DNA of 32,000 bases from Dickeya dadantii NCPPB 898 (GTDB lineage: Bacteria > Pseudomonadota > Gammaproteobacteria > Enterobacterales > Enterobacteriaceae). The stretch lies in assembly GCF_000406145.1 (NCBI RefSeq), contig NZ_CM001976.1, positions 2,555,397-2,587,396 of the forward strand. Direction: 5' to 3'. This document shows, one piece after another, positions 11,403 through 21,770 of the stretch (positions are counted from its first letter, which is position 1; each line of letters starts with the position of its first letter). The translations under genes and the position numbers were made by a program. Below the pieces are notes generated by a model. The model was not told the origin of the DNA, did no database searches, and saw only the letters and a list, made by a program, of their open reading frames with translations.

Positions 11403-13574
11403 TCACTGGACCAGAGGCGCATCCTCCAAACCCAGCAATTTTTCGAACTCCTCCGCCGGCATTGGCCGACCAAACAGATAGCCTTGCGCCTGCTCACATC
11501 CCTTGTTGAGCAATCTTTCACACTGCTCCTGCGTTTCCACGCCTTCGGCGATCACATCCAGACCGAAGCTTTTTCCCAGATAGAGAATCGCGCGAACAAT
11601 CGCCGCATCCGGCGCCGACTCGCACATAGCGCGCACAAAGGTTTGATCGATCTTAAGCCGCGTGACCGGGTAATGCTTCAGCATGCTGAGTGACGCATAG
11701 CCTGTGCCATAGTCGTCAAACGCAATGCCGACGCCGCTGCTACGCAGCTCATTGAGGGGCTTCATCATATTCTCGTCATGCCGCAATATGATGTTCTCCG
11801 TGATTTCCAACTCCAGCGCACCGGGTTTAAGGCCCGTTTGCGTCAGGACTTCCTTGATTTTCTGCGCCAGCATGCCGGAGCGGAACTGGGCCGCGAACAA
11901 GTTGATGCTGATACGGAAATTCCCCGCGCCGGACCGGCACCAGTCAGATGCCTGCTGACAAGCGGACCGCACGACCCAGTCGCCAATACGCTCCGCCCAG
12001 GGGCCGCGCTCCAGCGCGGACATAAACGCAGCCGGCCCCAGCAGCCCTTTATAAGGATGACGCCAGCGCAGCAACGCTTCCGCACCCACTACCTTACTGT
12101 TAACCAGGCTGACCTGAGGCTGATAAAACACCTCGAACTCTTCCTGCTCATACGCCCGGATGAATTCCAGTTGGAAAGCATGCCGGGCCTGAAACACTTC
12201 TCTCAATTCGCGAGTAAAGAAGCGATAGCAGTTACGCCCATCCGCCTTCGCCTGATATAACGCCAGATCGGCGCTGGTGAGCAGATCCTGCACGGTTGTC
12301 CCATGTGCCGGATACATGACCAGCCCGATGCTGGCGCTGGTGTTGATTTGCTTGTCATCCACCGGCACGGCTTGCGAAATATCATAAATGATTTTTTCCG
12401 CCAGTTTTGCCACCTGCGACTCGTCATTCTGCTTCGGCAACAGAATCGCGAACTCATCGCCCCCCATGCGGGCCACCAAATCGCCGGAACAGACATTATC
12501 CTGTAATCGTTTGGCGACGCTGGACAGAATCTCGTCGCCGCTGGCATGGCCAAGACTGTCGTTGATATCCTTAAAACCATCCAGATCGATAATCATGATG
12601 GCGGTCGGCTCGCCGTTTTTCAGCACCTGCTCCAGCGTGGAAGTCAGTAATGTGCGGTTAGCCAGCCCGGTCAGCGGATCGCGGTGCGCCTGCAGGAACA
12701 ACCGCTCTTCGTAGCGTTGCCTTTCGGTGATATCGCGCAGAATGATGCCGTAGCGCGTCTGATTGTTGACATGCCACATTGACACCGTAAGCTCGGTTGG
12801 AATCAGGGTGCCGGGCAATGCGCGCGTTTCCAGCTCGATCGAGCTACCTTTGAATATCGCGGTTTTGTCCGTCGCCAGATGATGCAACTGCACCACGAAC
12901 ATATCCGGCACGATAATGCTGATGTGTTCGCCAACAATCTGGTCACGGCTGTACTCCAGCATTTTTTCTGCCGACTCGTTCCAGAAAGTGATAGTGCCCC
13001 TGTCGTTGACGCAGAGAATGGCGTCCGGCGAGGATTCGGCGATGCTCTCAAAGCGGGCCTGGCTGGCACGACGCGCCAGATCCAAACGCCGCATCTCTAG
13101 TTTGTCCATCACCAGCGCGGCAAAATCCTGCAAATTATGTGCATCGCGGGCGCTGAGAGAAGATCGGGGTTTGTTGTCAATAATACATAACACGCCGATA
13201 GGAAAACCGCTCGGCGTCCGCAATGGGATACCAGCGTAAAAACGGATGTGCGGCTCGCCGGTTACCAATGGATTATCATGGAAGCGAGGGTCTTTGCGCG
13301 TATCGGGGATCACCATGATCCGTTTTTTAAGAATCGCATGCGCACAGAATGATTCGTCCCTTGACGTTTCGCACACCGACATGCCGACGCTGGCGGCAAA
13401 CAGTTGTCGTTCTTCCTCTACCAGCGAAATCAATACGATAGGGACGTTGAAAACGTTAGCCGCCAGATTGATCAAATTGTCAAAACCAGGATCAGACAGT
13501 GGTTTACTGATGCCGTACTCTCTCAATGCCTCAAGTCGGCTTTTCTCATCTTTATTTGCTGGGGCTCGACTCAT
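11403..13574 (-). CDS. c-di-GMP turnover protein with GAF-PAS-GGDEF-EAL architecture
   Basis: A GAF-like N-terminus (SRLEALREYGI...DESFCAHAIL...FYAGIPLRTPSGFPIGVLCIID) is followed by PAS (FESIAESSPDAILCVNDRGTITFWNESAEKMLEYS). Next comes GGDEF (RDPLTGLANR...ARMGGDEFAILL), then EAL (GAEALLRWRH...ELEITE...DDYGTGYASL...KIDQTFV...EGVET...QGYLFGRP). The start is placed at the ATG at 13572-13574, preceded by GAGGGGA. Alternatives are the ATG at 13598 or the GTG at 13661 (track start). Confidence 0.9.
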   Translation of the reverse strand: MSRAPANKDEKSRLEALREYGISKPLSDPGFDNLINLAANVFNVPIVLISLVEEERQLFAASVGMSVCETSRDESFCAHAILKKRIMVIPDTRKDPRFHDNPLVTGEPHIRFYAGIPLRTPSGFPIGVLCIIDNKPRSSLSARDAHNLQDFAALVMDKLEMRRLDLARRASQARFESIAESSPDAILCVNDRGTITFWNESAEKMLEYSRDQIVGEHISIIVPDMFVVQLHHLATDKTAIFKGSSIELETRALPGTLIPTELTVSMWHVNNQTRYGIILRDITERQRYEERLFLQAHRDPLTGLANRTLLTSTLEQVLKNGEPTAIMIIDLDGFKDINDSLGHASGDEILSSVAKRLQDNVCSGDLVARMGGDEFAILLPKQNDESQVAKLAEKIIYDISQAVPVDDKQINTSASIGLVMYPAHGTTVQDLLTSADLALYQAKADGRNCYRFFTRELREVFQARHAFQLEFIRAYEQEEFEVFYQPQVSLVNSKVVGAEALLRWRHPYKGLLGPAAFMSALERGPWAERIGDWVVRSACQQASDWCRSGAGNFRISINLFAAQFRSGMLAQKIKEVLTQTGLKPGALELEITENIILRHDENMMKPLNELRSSGVGIAFDDYGTGYASLSMLKHYPVTRLKIDQTFVRAMCESAPDAAIVRAILYLGKSFGLDVIAEGVETQEQCERLLNKGCEQAQGYLFGRPMPAEEFEKLLGLEDAPLVQ

Positions 13575-14331
13575 GGGGGTTCCCCTCACATTATCCATTG
13601 TTTTTTCTTTCAGAAAAAATTGTAGCCTGTTGTCGCGACGATGCTTACCGTAACTTTTCACGCAAAAAAAATCATCGATGAATAAAATCCATCGATCTCT
13701 TTCGATTAAATTTAAAACGATAACTGGCTACTATCCCTCTTTGCTCAGTCTCTTCCCCACACCAGGGTTCGCCTCTTTCATGCAAATTATCGGGCAGCAT
13801 CAACAGAATAGCAAAATGCAGACGCGGAGGAAGACCTGTCGCCAAGATTTTCTAAGATTCCTGGATTCCCATAAAAATAGAGGAAAACACGAGTGGTTAA
13901 TTATCTTAATAGATCGTTATTCCCAATCGTCAATGCAAAGTTGATAACTTATTACTATAAAAATGTACTTATTTACGACTTCTCAAAACTGATAGAACAG
14001 CGGATACGTTTTCCCGATCGGTTAAATGCCGATAAAAGACTTTCTCTTTAAGAAAATTGGCGCGTAAAACCGAAATAACAATTACATCTACCGGCGTTAT
14101 ATCCGTGCCGATCTCATTCTGTCCCGATGTAGATATGAGCGGAAAAAACAGGCTGCTATTCGCTCACTCGCTTTATGCCGGACAAAATCTGACGGTTCGC
14201 CTGGAGCAAATGCATTAAAAAAAGAGAAGAGAAAGTAAAGTGATAGTACAAAAATGCGGAGCGGCAAGCCCAAAGACTCACAATTAATGCGGAATAGTAC
14301 ATCAGAAAAACGGCAAATATCGCTGGAGAAC

Positions 14332-14363
14332 AACCTCACGGAAGCCGGGACCGCCGTGAGGTT
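14332..14363 (-). terminator. hairpin terminator after icd
   Basis: CCTCACGG (14334-14341) pairs with CCGTGAGG (14354-14361). On the minus strand it is followed by TTGTTCTCC and lies 15 nt after the icd stop. The U-tract is modest. Confidence 0.55.
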
Positions 14364-14378
14364 TGATGCAATCGTCGA

Positions 14379-15632
14379 TTACATATTGCTGATGATGTCC
14401 TGCGCAAACTCGCTACATTTACGCAGCGTGGCGCCTTCCATCAGTCGCTCAAAGTCATAGGTGACGGTCTTGTTCTTGATCGCGCCTTCCATACCTTTCA
14501 CGATAAGATCAGCCGCTTCAAACCACTGCAGGTGACGCAGCATCATTTCAGCGGACAGGATCACGGAACCCGGGTTCACTTTATCCTGGCCGGCGTACTT
14601 CGGCGCCGTGCCGTGAGTAGCTTCGAACAGCGCACAATCGTCACCGATATTGGCGCCCGGCGCGATGCCGATCCCGCCCACCTGCGCCGCCAGCGCATCG
14701 GAAATATAGTCGCCGTTCAGGTTCATACAGGCGATGACATCGTACTCTGCCGGACGCAGCAGAATCTGCTGCAGGAAGGCGTCGGCAATCACATCTTTAA
14801 CGATGATGTCTTTGCCGGTTTTCGGGTTCTTGATTTTCACCCACGGCCCGCCATCAATCAGCTCACCGCCGAACTCTTCGCGAGCTAACTGGTAACCCCA
14901 GTCTTTGAACGCACCTTCGGTGAATTTCATGATGTTGCCTTTGTGCACCAGCGTCACGGAGTCGCGATCATTGGTGATGGCGTATTCGATTGCCGCACGA
15001 ACCAGACGTTTGGTCCCTGCTTCGGAACACGGCTTCACACCGATACCGCACTGTTGCGGGAAACGGATTTTCTTCACGCCCATTTCGTCTTGCAGGAACT
15101 TGATTACTTTGTCCGCTTCCGGCGTACCGGCTTTCCACTCGATACCGGCATAAATGTCTTCGGCGTTTTCGCGGAAAATGACCATGTCGGTCAGCTCGGG
15201 CTGTTTAACCGGGCTCGGCGTGCCTTCGTAATAGCGAACCGGACGCAGACAAACGTACAGATCCAGTTGCTGACGCAGCGCCACGTTCAGAGAACGGATA
15301 CCACCGCCTACCGGCGTAGTCAGCGGCCCTTTAATGGCGACACGGTAATCGCGGATCAGATCCAGCGTTTCATCCGGCAGCCAAACATCTTGACCATACA
15401 CCTGAGTGGATTTCTCACCGGTGTAAATTTCCATCCAGGAAATTTTGCGCTTGCCCTGGTAAGCTTTGTTCACCGCGGCATCGACAACGTTAATCATGGC
15501 TGGCGTCACATCGACACCGATACCGTCACCTTCGATAAACGGAATGATCGGATTAGCCGGCACGACCAGTTTACCCTGAGCGTCAACCGTGATTTTCTGC
15601 CCTTCTGCCGGTACAACTACTTTACTTTCCAT
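14379..15632 (-). CDS. icd: NADP-dependent isocitrate dehydrogenase
   Basis: 417 aa: [46 protein letters not shown]...[13 protein letters not shown] (the AceK-phosphorylated Ser context)...[12 protein letters not shown], collinear with E. coli Icd. Confidence 0.97.
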   Translation of the reverse strand: MESKVVVPAEGQKITVDAQGKLVVPANPIIPFIEGDGIGVDVTPAMINVVDAAVNKAYQGKRKISWMEIYTGEKSTQVYGQDVWLPDETLDLIRDYRVAIKGPLTTPVGGGIRSLNVALRQQLDLYVCLRPVRYYEGTPSPVKQPELTDMVIFRENAEDIYAGIEWKAGTPEADKVIKFLQDEMGVKKIRFPQQCGIGVKPCSEAGTKRLVRAAIEYAITNDRDSVTLVHKGNIMKFTEGAFKDWGYQLAREEFGGELIDGGPWVKIKNPKTGKDIIVKDVIADAFLQQILLRPAEYDVIACMNLNGDYISDALAAQVGGIGIAPGANIGDDCALFEATHGTAPKYAGQDKVNPGSVILSAEMMLRHLQWFEAADLIVKGMEGAIKNKTVTYDFERLMEGATLRKCSEFAQDIISNM

Positions 15633-15733
15633 TAACCTCTCCTTCGAGCGCCATTTTGTTAATGACTTGTAAGATGCGTGTCAATACTACTTGAATATTT
15701 AGCCTGAGCCAATCACAAACCATTTCGAGTATA

Positions 15734-16390
15734 ATGTTTTTGCCATCCACAGCCAGTAATAAGATGAATAAATTCCCTGTTAAAAATCACCGACTTAAAC
15801 GATTCAGCTCTCGGCCGGTAAAAAATGAATCCACCGCCGTGACGAAAACGCATATCGTGTTGTTCAATAAACCTTTCGATGTGCTTTCCCAGTTTACCGA
15901 CGAGGGCGGCCGCGCCACGCTGAAAGACTATGTTCCGTTGCGGGATATCTATTCTGCTGGTCGACTGGACCGTGACAGCGAAGGCCTGATGATACTGACC
16001 AACGACGGCAAGCTGCAGGCGCGGCTGACCCAGCCCGGCAAGAAAACGCCCAAAATCTATTACGCTCAGGTAGAAGGCGTTCCCGACGAAGAGGCTTTGC
16101 ACGCGTTTCGCACCGGTCTGATACTGAGTGACGGTCCGACCCTGCCCGCCGGCGTGGAGCAGGTAGAGGAGCCGGCCTGGTTGTGGCCGCGTCAGCCGCC
16201 GATCCGCGAACGTAAAACTATCCCGGTTAGCTGGCTGAAAATCACGCTGTACGAAGGTCGCAACCGTCAGGTGCGACGTATGACTGCGCATATCGGCTAC
16301 CCAACGCTGCGTTTGATTCGCTACAGTATGGCCGGCCAGACTCTTGATGGATTGCACCCCGGCGAATGGAGGGAGATTGACCATGTTTAA
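15734..16390 (+). CDS. rluE: 23S rRNA pseudouridine(2457) synthase RluE
   Basis: 218 aa: ...[75 protein letters not shown]...[28 protein letters not shown], collinear with E. coli RluE (YmfC). An alternative start is the ATG at 15764. Confidence 0.9.
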   Translation: MFLPSTASNKMNKFPVKNHRLKRFSSRPVKNESTAVTKTHIVLFNKPFDVLSQFTDEGGRATLKDYVPLRDIYSAGRLDRDSEGLMILTNDGKLQARLTQPGKKTPKIYYAQVEGVPDEEALHAFRTGLILSDGPTLPAGVEQVEEPAWLWPRQPPIRERKTIPVSWLKITLYEGRNRQVRRMTAHIGYPTLRLIRYSMAGQTLDGLHPGEWREIDHV

Positions 16391-16841
16391 ACCGCATGTG
16401 ACCGTGGCCTGCGTTGTACAGGCGGAAGGCCATTTTCTGGTTGTTGAAGAAGAAATTAACCACCGGCGTCTGTGGAACCAGCCTGCCGGTCATCTGGAAG
16501 CGGACGAAACGCTGATTCAGGCGGCACAGCGAGAGCTGTTTGAGGAAACCGGCATCCGCGCCACACCGCAAAGCTTCCTGCAACTGCATCAGTGGATCGC
16601 GCCGGACAAAACGCCCTTTCTGCGTTTTTGTTTCACGCTTGACCTGCCCGAGCGGCTGCCCACCACCCCGCACGACAGCGATATCGCCTGCTGCCACTGG
16701 CTGAAGCCGGAAGTCATTCTCCAGGCTGATTGCCTGCGATCCCCGCTGGTGGCCGCCAGCCTGGTATGCTATCAGCGCGGCCAGCGCTACCCGCTAAGTA
16801 TACTGGAAGCCTTCAACTGGCCGTTTCCCGATCCGGCCTGA
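16383..16841 (+). CDS. nudJ: Nudix hydrolase NudJ
   Basis: From the ATG at 16383: [58 protein letters not shown] (Nudix box)...DSDIACCHW..., equal to the E. coli NudJ N-terminus. It overlaps the rluE stop by 8 nt (ATGTTTAA), which indicates translational coupling. Confidence 0.9.
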   Translation: MFKPHVTVACVVQAEGHFLVVEEEINHRRLWNQPAGHLEADETLIQAAQRELFEETGIRATPQSFLQLHQWIAPDKTPFLRFCFTLDLPERLPTTPHDSDIACCHWLKPEVILQADCLRSPLVAASLVCYQRGQRYPLSILEAFNWPFPDPA

Positions 16842-16913
16842 TGCTGCCTGCCCGGCACGCTGTTTCTCAGACTGCGTGTCATCTCCGCCCGGAAAATGTG
16901 TTTCCGGGGTAAA

Positions 16914-16981
16914 GGTGTTATCAGGATAAGAATGTGTTATCAGGAGAAATGTGTGATCAAGATAAATGTGTTAACCTGTTG
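16914..16981. repeat. about four tandem 17-19 bp repeats (TGTGTTATCAGGAGAAA type)
   Basis: ggtgttatcaggataagaa / tgtgttatcaggagaaa / tgtgtgatcaagataaa / tgtgttaacctgttg, located in the nudJ-mnmA spacer. Confidence 0.7.
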
Positions 16982-17036
16982 CGCCTGTTTTTCGCTTTAA
17001 CGCTTTACACCACATCATTGAGTTCGCGAGACGTCC

Positions 17037-18149
17037 ATGTCAGATAACAGCCAGAAAAAAGTCATTGTCGGTATGTCCGGCGGTGTTGACTCATCGGTAT
17101 CCGCCTACCTGCTGCAACAGCAGGGGTATCGGGTAGAAGGCCTGTTCATGAAGAACTGGGAAGAAGATGACGATACGGAGTATTGCTCCGCCGCCACCGA
17201 TTTGGCCGATGCGCAGGCTGTCTGCGACAAGCTGGGCATTGAACTGCACACCGTCAATTTCGCCGCCGAATACTGGGACAACGTTTTTGAGCACTTTCTG
17301 GCGGAATACCGCGCCGGTCGCACGCCCAATCCCGATATTTTGTGCAACAAGGAAATCAAGTTCAAAGCCTTCCTGGAGTTTGCCGCCGAGGATTTAGGGG
17401 CGGATTACATCGCTACCGGCCATTACGTGCGCCGTAAGGACGTGGATGGTAAAAGCCGCCTGCTGCGCGGTCTGGACGGCAACAAGGACCAGAGCTACTT
17501 CCTGTATACCCTAAGCTATCAGCAACTGGCGCAGAGCCTGTTCCCGGTCGGCGAGCTGGAAAAACCGCAGGTGCGCGAAATCGCGGAACAACTGGATCTG
17601 GCGACCGCCCGGAAAAAAGATTCCACCGGCATTTGCTTCATCGGCGAGCGCAAATTCCGCGACTTTCTGGCGCGCTACCTGCCCGCACAGCCCGGCCCGA
17701 TTCTGTCCGTCGACGATGGCAAGGTGATGGGCGAACATCAGGGGCTGATGTACCACACGCTGGGGCAGCGCAAAGGGCTTGGCATTGGCGGCGTAAAAGA
17801 AGGCGGCGACGACCCGTGGTACGTGGTCGACAAAGATGTCGCCAACAACGTGCTGTATGTCGCGCAGGGCCATGAACACCCGCGCCTGATGTCTGTCGGC
17901 CTGATTGCCCAGCAACTGCACTGGGTCGATCGTGAACCGCTGACTCAACCGCTGCGTTGCGCGGTAAAAACCCGCTATCGTCAGGCCGATATTCCCTGCC
18001 TGCTGACGCCGCTCGACGCAGACCGCATCGAAGTCCGTTTTGATGAGCCGGTGGCCGCGGTCACGCCGGGTCAGTCCGCGGTATTTTATCAGGGCGAAGT
18101 CTGCCTTGGCGGCGGCATCATCGAAGAGCGTCTGCGCTCGGCGCAATAA
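17037..18149 (+). CDS. mnmA: tRNA 2-thiouridine(34) synthase MnmA (TrmU)
   Basis: 370 aa: [114 protein letters not shown].... It carries the PP-loop SGGVDS. Confidence 0.97.
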   Translation: MSDNSQKKVIVGMSGGVDSSVSAYLLQQQGYRVEGLFMKNWEEDDDTEYCSAATDLADAQAVCDKLGIELHTVNFAAEYWDNVFEHFLAEYRAGRTPNPDILCNKEIKFKAFLEFAAEDLGADYIATGHYVRRKDVDGKSRLLRGLDGNKDQSYFLYTLSYQQLAQSLFPVGELEKPQVREIAEQLDLATARKKDSTGICFIGERKFRDFLARYLPAQPGPILSVDDGKVMGEHQGLMYHTLGQRKGLGIGGVKEGGDDPWYVVDKDVANNVLYVAQGHEHPRLMSVGLIAQQLHWVDREPLTQPLRCAVKTRYRQADIPCLLTPLDADRIEVRFDEPVAAVTPGQSAVFYQGEVCLGGGIIEERLRSAQ

Positions 18150-18167
18150 GCGGCCGCCGCACCTGCC

Positions 18168-18200
18168 AAAGGGAACCGTACCGGTTCCCTTTGCGTTTCT
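18168..18200 (+). terminator. rho-independent terminator after mnmA
   Basis: AAAGGGAACCG-TA-CGGTTCCCTTT followed by GCGTTTCTG, 19 nt after the mnmA stop. Confidence 0.7.
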
Positions 18201-18343
18201 GACATCCCCTACGAGAAATCAATCGCATCAGTGCGCTGCGTCAAATAAAACACGGTGCGGGCACCTTTTCCGTTTTCATGACACTAAACTTGAATTGCCG
18301 GACAATCGAGTCTGACGATTTTCAGCGTGAACAAGGTTTTACC

Positions 18344-18376
18344 GGGTTCATACTGGGTTCATGCTGGGTTCATGCT
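18344..18376. repeat. 11-bp tandem repeat x3 (GGGTTCATGCT)
   Basis: gggttcatact gggttcatgct gggttcatgct, read directly in the mnmA-hflD spacer. Confidence 0.85.
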
Positions 18377-18531
18377 GATTTTTATGGCATGATCACCGCC
18401 CTTTTCGGCTGTATGGGTGAAAAAGCCGGGGCATGTTCGCCGGCGTTTATTTTTTCCTCTGGACCGAACCGGAAACACAGACAGGTATTCCGACCTCGCA
18501 CGCCGGCCAGATGATGTTGACAGGAGCAATT

Positions 18532-19164
18532 GTGGCTAAAAACTATCATGACATTACGCTGGCAATGGCAGGCATCTGCCAGTCTGCTCATTTGGTGCAG
18601 CAATTAGCTCATCAGGGCAGTTGTGATATGGATGCGTTAAAAGCGTCACTGAAAAGCATCATGAACATTAATCCGCCCAGCACACTGGATGTTTTTGGCA
18701 ACACGGAACGTAATCTAAAAATCGGGCTGGAAACCCTGCTGGGTATTCTCAATTCGTCGCGCGAAGGGCTGGGCGCGGAGCTGTCGCGCTATACCTTCAG
18801 CCTGATGGTGCTGGAACGCCGCCTGCACAATAACCGCGAAGCGATGAACGATCTGGGTAGCCGCATCAGCCAGTTGGACCGGCAGTTGGAGCACTACGAC
18901 TTGCTGTCGGACACCTTCATTAATGTGCTGGCCGGCATTTATGTGGACGTGATCAGCAAACTCGGCCCGCGCATTCAGGTGACAGGCGCGCAGGAAGTGC
19001 TGAAGAACCCGCAGATTCAGGCGAAGGTGCGGGCAGCGCTGCTGGCCGGAATCCGCGCCGCCGTACTCTGGCAACAGGTGGGCGGCAGCCGGCTGCAATT
19101 GATGTTCTCCCGCAGCAAGCTGGTGCGCCACGCGCAGGAGATCCTGGCCCGCTGCCACGACTGA
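18532..19164 (+). CDS. hflD: high-frequency-of-lysogenization protein HflD (YcfC)
   Basis: A GTG start at 18532 is preceded by AGGAG (18522-18526). The product is [56 protein letters not shown]...LGPRIQVTG...[30 protein letters not shown] (210 aa), collinear with E. coli HflD ([29 protein letters not shown]...). The upstream extension in the track has no homology. Confidence 0.88.
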   Translation: MAKNYHDITLAMAGICQSAHLVQQLAHQGSCDMDALKASLKSIMNINPPSTLDVFGNTERNLKIGLETLLGILNSSREGLGAELSRYTFSLMVLERRLHNNREAMNDLGSRISQLDRQLEHYDLLSDTFINVLAGIYVDVISKLGPRIQVTGAQEVLKNPQIQAKVRAALLAGIRAAVLWQQVGGSRLQLMFSRSKLVRHAQEILARCHD

Positions 19165-19190
19165 CCGGAACCCGTGCATCCGTGCATTGA

Positions 19191-19220
19191 CGGCGGCCGC
19201 TTATTCCGGTTCGGCCGCCG
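19191..19220 (+). terminator. GC-rich hairpin after hflD (possible terminator with no U-tract)
   Basis: CGGCGGCCG (19191-19199) pairs with CGGCCGCCG (19212-19220) around a 12-nt loop. It is followed by CCATGAGA, not a T run. Confidence 0.35.
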
Positions 19221-19224
19221 CCAT

Positions 19225-19345
19225 GAGATACTATCGATATTAAGATACTATCTGCCTGATACTGTCTGCCTAAGATACTGTCTACCTAAGATGCTATCTG
19301 CATGAGATGCTATCCGCCATGAAATGCTATTCGTCATGCGATAGG
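19225..19345. repeat. 7-8 degenerate tandem repeats of 14-17 bp (AGATRCTRTCTRCCTA type)
   Basis: GAT anchors occur at 19227, 19244, 19258, 19274, 19290, 19306, (AAT) 19323 and 19340. The units are gatactatcgatattaa / gatactatctgcct / gatactgtctgcctaa / gatactgtctacctaa / gatgctatctgcatga / gatgctatccgccatga / aatgctattcgtcatgc. The array ends about 50 bp before the purB ATG. Confidence 0.8.
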
Positions 19346-19373
19346 ATGACGACAACCAATGTTCTTTATTTGA

Positions 19374-20765
<1,392 letters not shown>

Positions 20766-20784
20766 TCCTATTTCTGACCCTACT

Positions 20785-20810
20785 CCGGGCGGCATTCTCT
20801 CGCCGCCCGG
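20785..20810 (+). terminator. hairpin after purB (terminator-like)
   Basis: CCGGGCGGC (20785-20793) pairs with GCCGCCCGG (20802-20810), followed by CTCATTTCC, a weak U-tract. Confidence 0.45.
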
Positions 20811-20907
20811 CTCATTTCCTGCCTCCCTGTTTAGCCTCAGTTGAGCACAACTGTGGATAATGCTGACGAACCCGCCGACAATGGCGTATTTCTATCTATG
20901 ACTCTAC

Positions 20908-20944
20908 TGGACTGGGCTATCCCGGACTGGGCTATCCTGGATTG
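20908..20944. repeat. 15-bp tandem repeat x2.5 (YGGACTGGGCTATCC)
   Basis: tggactgggctatcc cggactgggctatcc tggattg, located in the purB-phoP spacer. Confidence 0.7.
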
Positions 20945-20988
20945 AGGCAAACGTGCTGGTGCACGCCGCCAGGTCTGTACAACACGTT

Positions 20989-21027
20989 GATAGTTCACTA
21001 CGTTTACGTCGATAGCTCACTGAGTTT
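20989..21027 (+). promoter_or_regulatory. 17-bp direct repeat pair upstream of phoP (candidate regulator site)
   Basis: GATAGTTCACTACGTTT (20989-21005) and GATAGCTCACTGAGTTT (21011-21027) match at 14 of 17 positions and are 22 bp apart. A third GATAG lies at 21029-21033. The pair ends about 40 nt before the phoP ATG. It is not a canonical PhoP box. Confidence 0.35.
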
Positions 21028-21065
21028 GGATAGACTCCATCAGGAAAATGACCGAGGAAAACGTC

Positions 21066-21734
21066 ATGCGCATTCTTGTCGTTGAAGATAATGTTCTGTT
21101 ACGCCATCACCTGAATGTCCAGTTAAATGAAATGGGGCACCAGGTTGATGCGGCGGCGGACGCGAAAGAAGCGGATTATTTCCTTCAGGAACACGCGCCG
21201 GATATCGCCATCGTCGACCTGGGCCTGCCGGTGGAAGACGGCACCAGTTTGATCCGCCGCTGGCGCGCGCATCAGGTCAAATTACCGATTCTGGTCCTCA
21301 CCGCACGGGAAAGCTGGCAGGAAAAAGTGGCGGTGCTGGAAGCCGGCGCCGACGATTACGTCACCAAACCGTTTCACATCGAGGAAGTGGTGGCGCGCAT
21401 GCAGGCGCTGATGCGTCGCAACAGCGGTCTGGCTTCCCAAATCATCAGCCTGCCGCCCTTTGAGGTCGACCTGTCGCGCCGGGAATTGCTGGTACATGGC
21501 GACCCGGTCAAGCTGACGGCGTTTGAATACACCATCATCGAAACCTTGATCCGCAACAATGGCAAGGTAGTCAGCAAGGAGTCGCTGATGCTGCAACTGT
21601 ACCCGGACGCCGAATTGCGGGAAAGCCACACCATCGACGTGCTGATGGGCCGACTGCGCAAAAAATTGCAGACCGCCAATTCCCACGATGTCATCACCAC
21701 CGTTCGCGGGCAGGGTTACCGCTTCGATATCTAA
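21066..21734 (+). CDS. phoP: OmpR-family response regulator PhoP
   Basis: From the ATG at 21066 (GAGGA 7 nt upstream): [139 protein letters not shown]... (222 aa), collinear with E. coli PhoP. Confidence 0.95.
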   Translation: MRILVVEDNVLLRHHLNVQLNEMGHQVDAAADAKEADYFLQEHAPDIAIVDLGLPVEDGTSLIRRWRAHQVKLPILVLTARESWQEKVAVLEAGADDYVTKPFHIEEVVARMQALMRRNSGLASQIISLPPFEVDLSRRELLVHGDPVKLTAFEYTIIETLIRNNGKVVSKESLMLQLYPDAELRESHTIDVLMGRLRKKLQTANSHDVITTVRGQGYRFDI

Positions 21735-21770
21735 TCATGCTGGACGGCCTATTTCATTCTGGACGACATA

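Noticed and set aside
13678-14339. ORFs 13678-13944 (+, 88 aa) and 14097-14339 (-, 80 aa), and the idea of an e14-like icd-3' duplication or att scar
   Set aside because: The ORFs lack an SD and homology, and one starts with a GTG inside the icd terminator stem. I found no second copy of the icd 3' end; only the heptamer ATTACAT recurs at about 14081.
18278-18603. ORFs 18278-18514 (+) and 18382-18603 (-) in the mnmA-hflD spacer
   Set aside because: They have no SD and no homology, they overlap each other, and one runs through the 11-bp repeat. The 18433 start in the track for hflD is likewise an unsupported extension.
16914-19345. Tandem repeat arrays as CRISPR
   Set aside because: The units are contiguous, 11-19 bp, degenerate and without unique ~30-bp spacers. 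No cas genes are present.
20986-21027. Canonical PhoP box upstream of phoP
   Set aside because: GTTGA, GTTTA and GTTTG occur at 20986, 21002 and 21023, giving spacings of 16 and 21 bp rather than the 11-bp hexamer periodicity. I reported them only as unexplained direct repeats.
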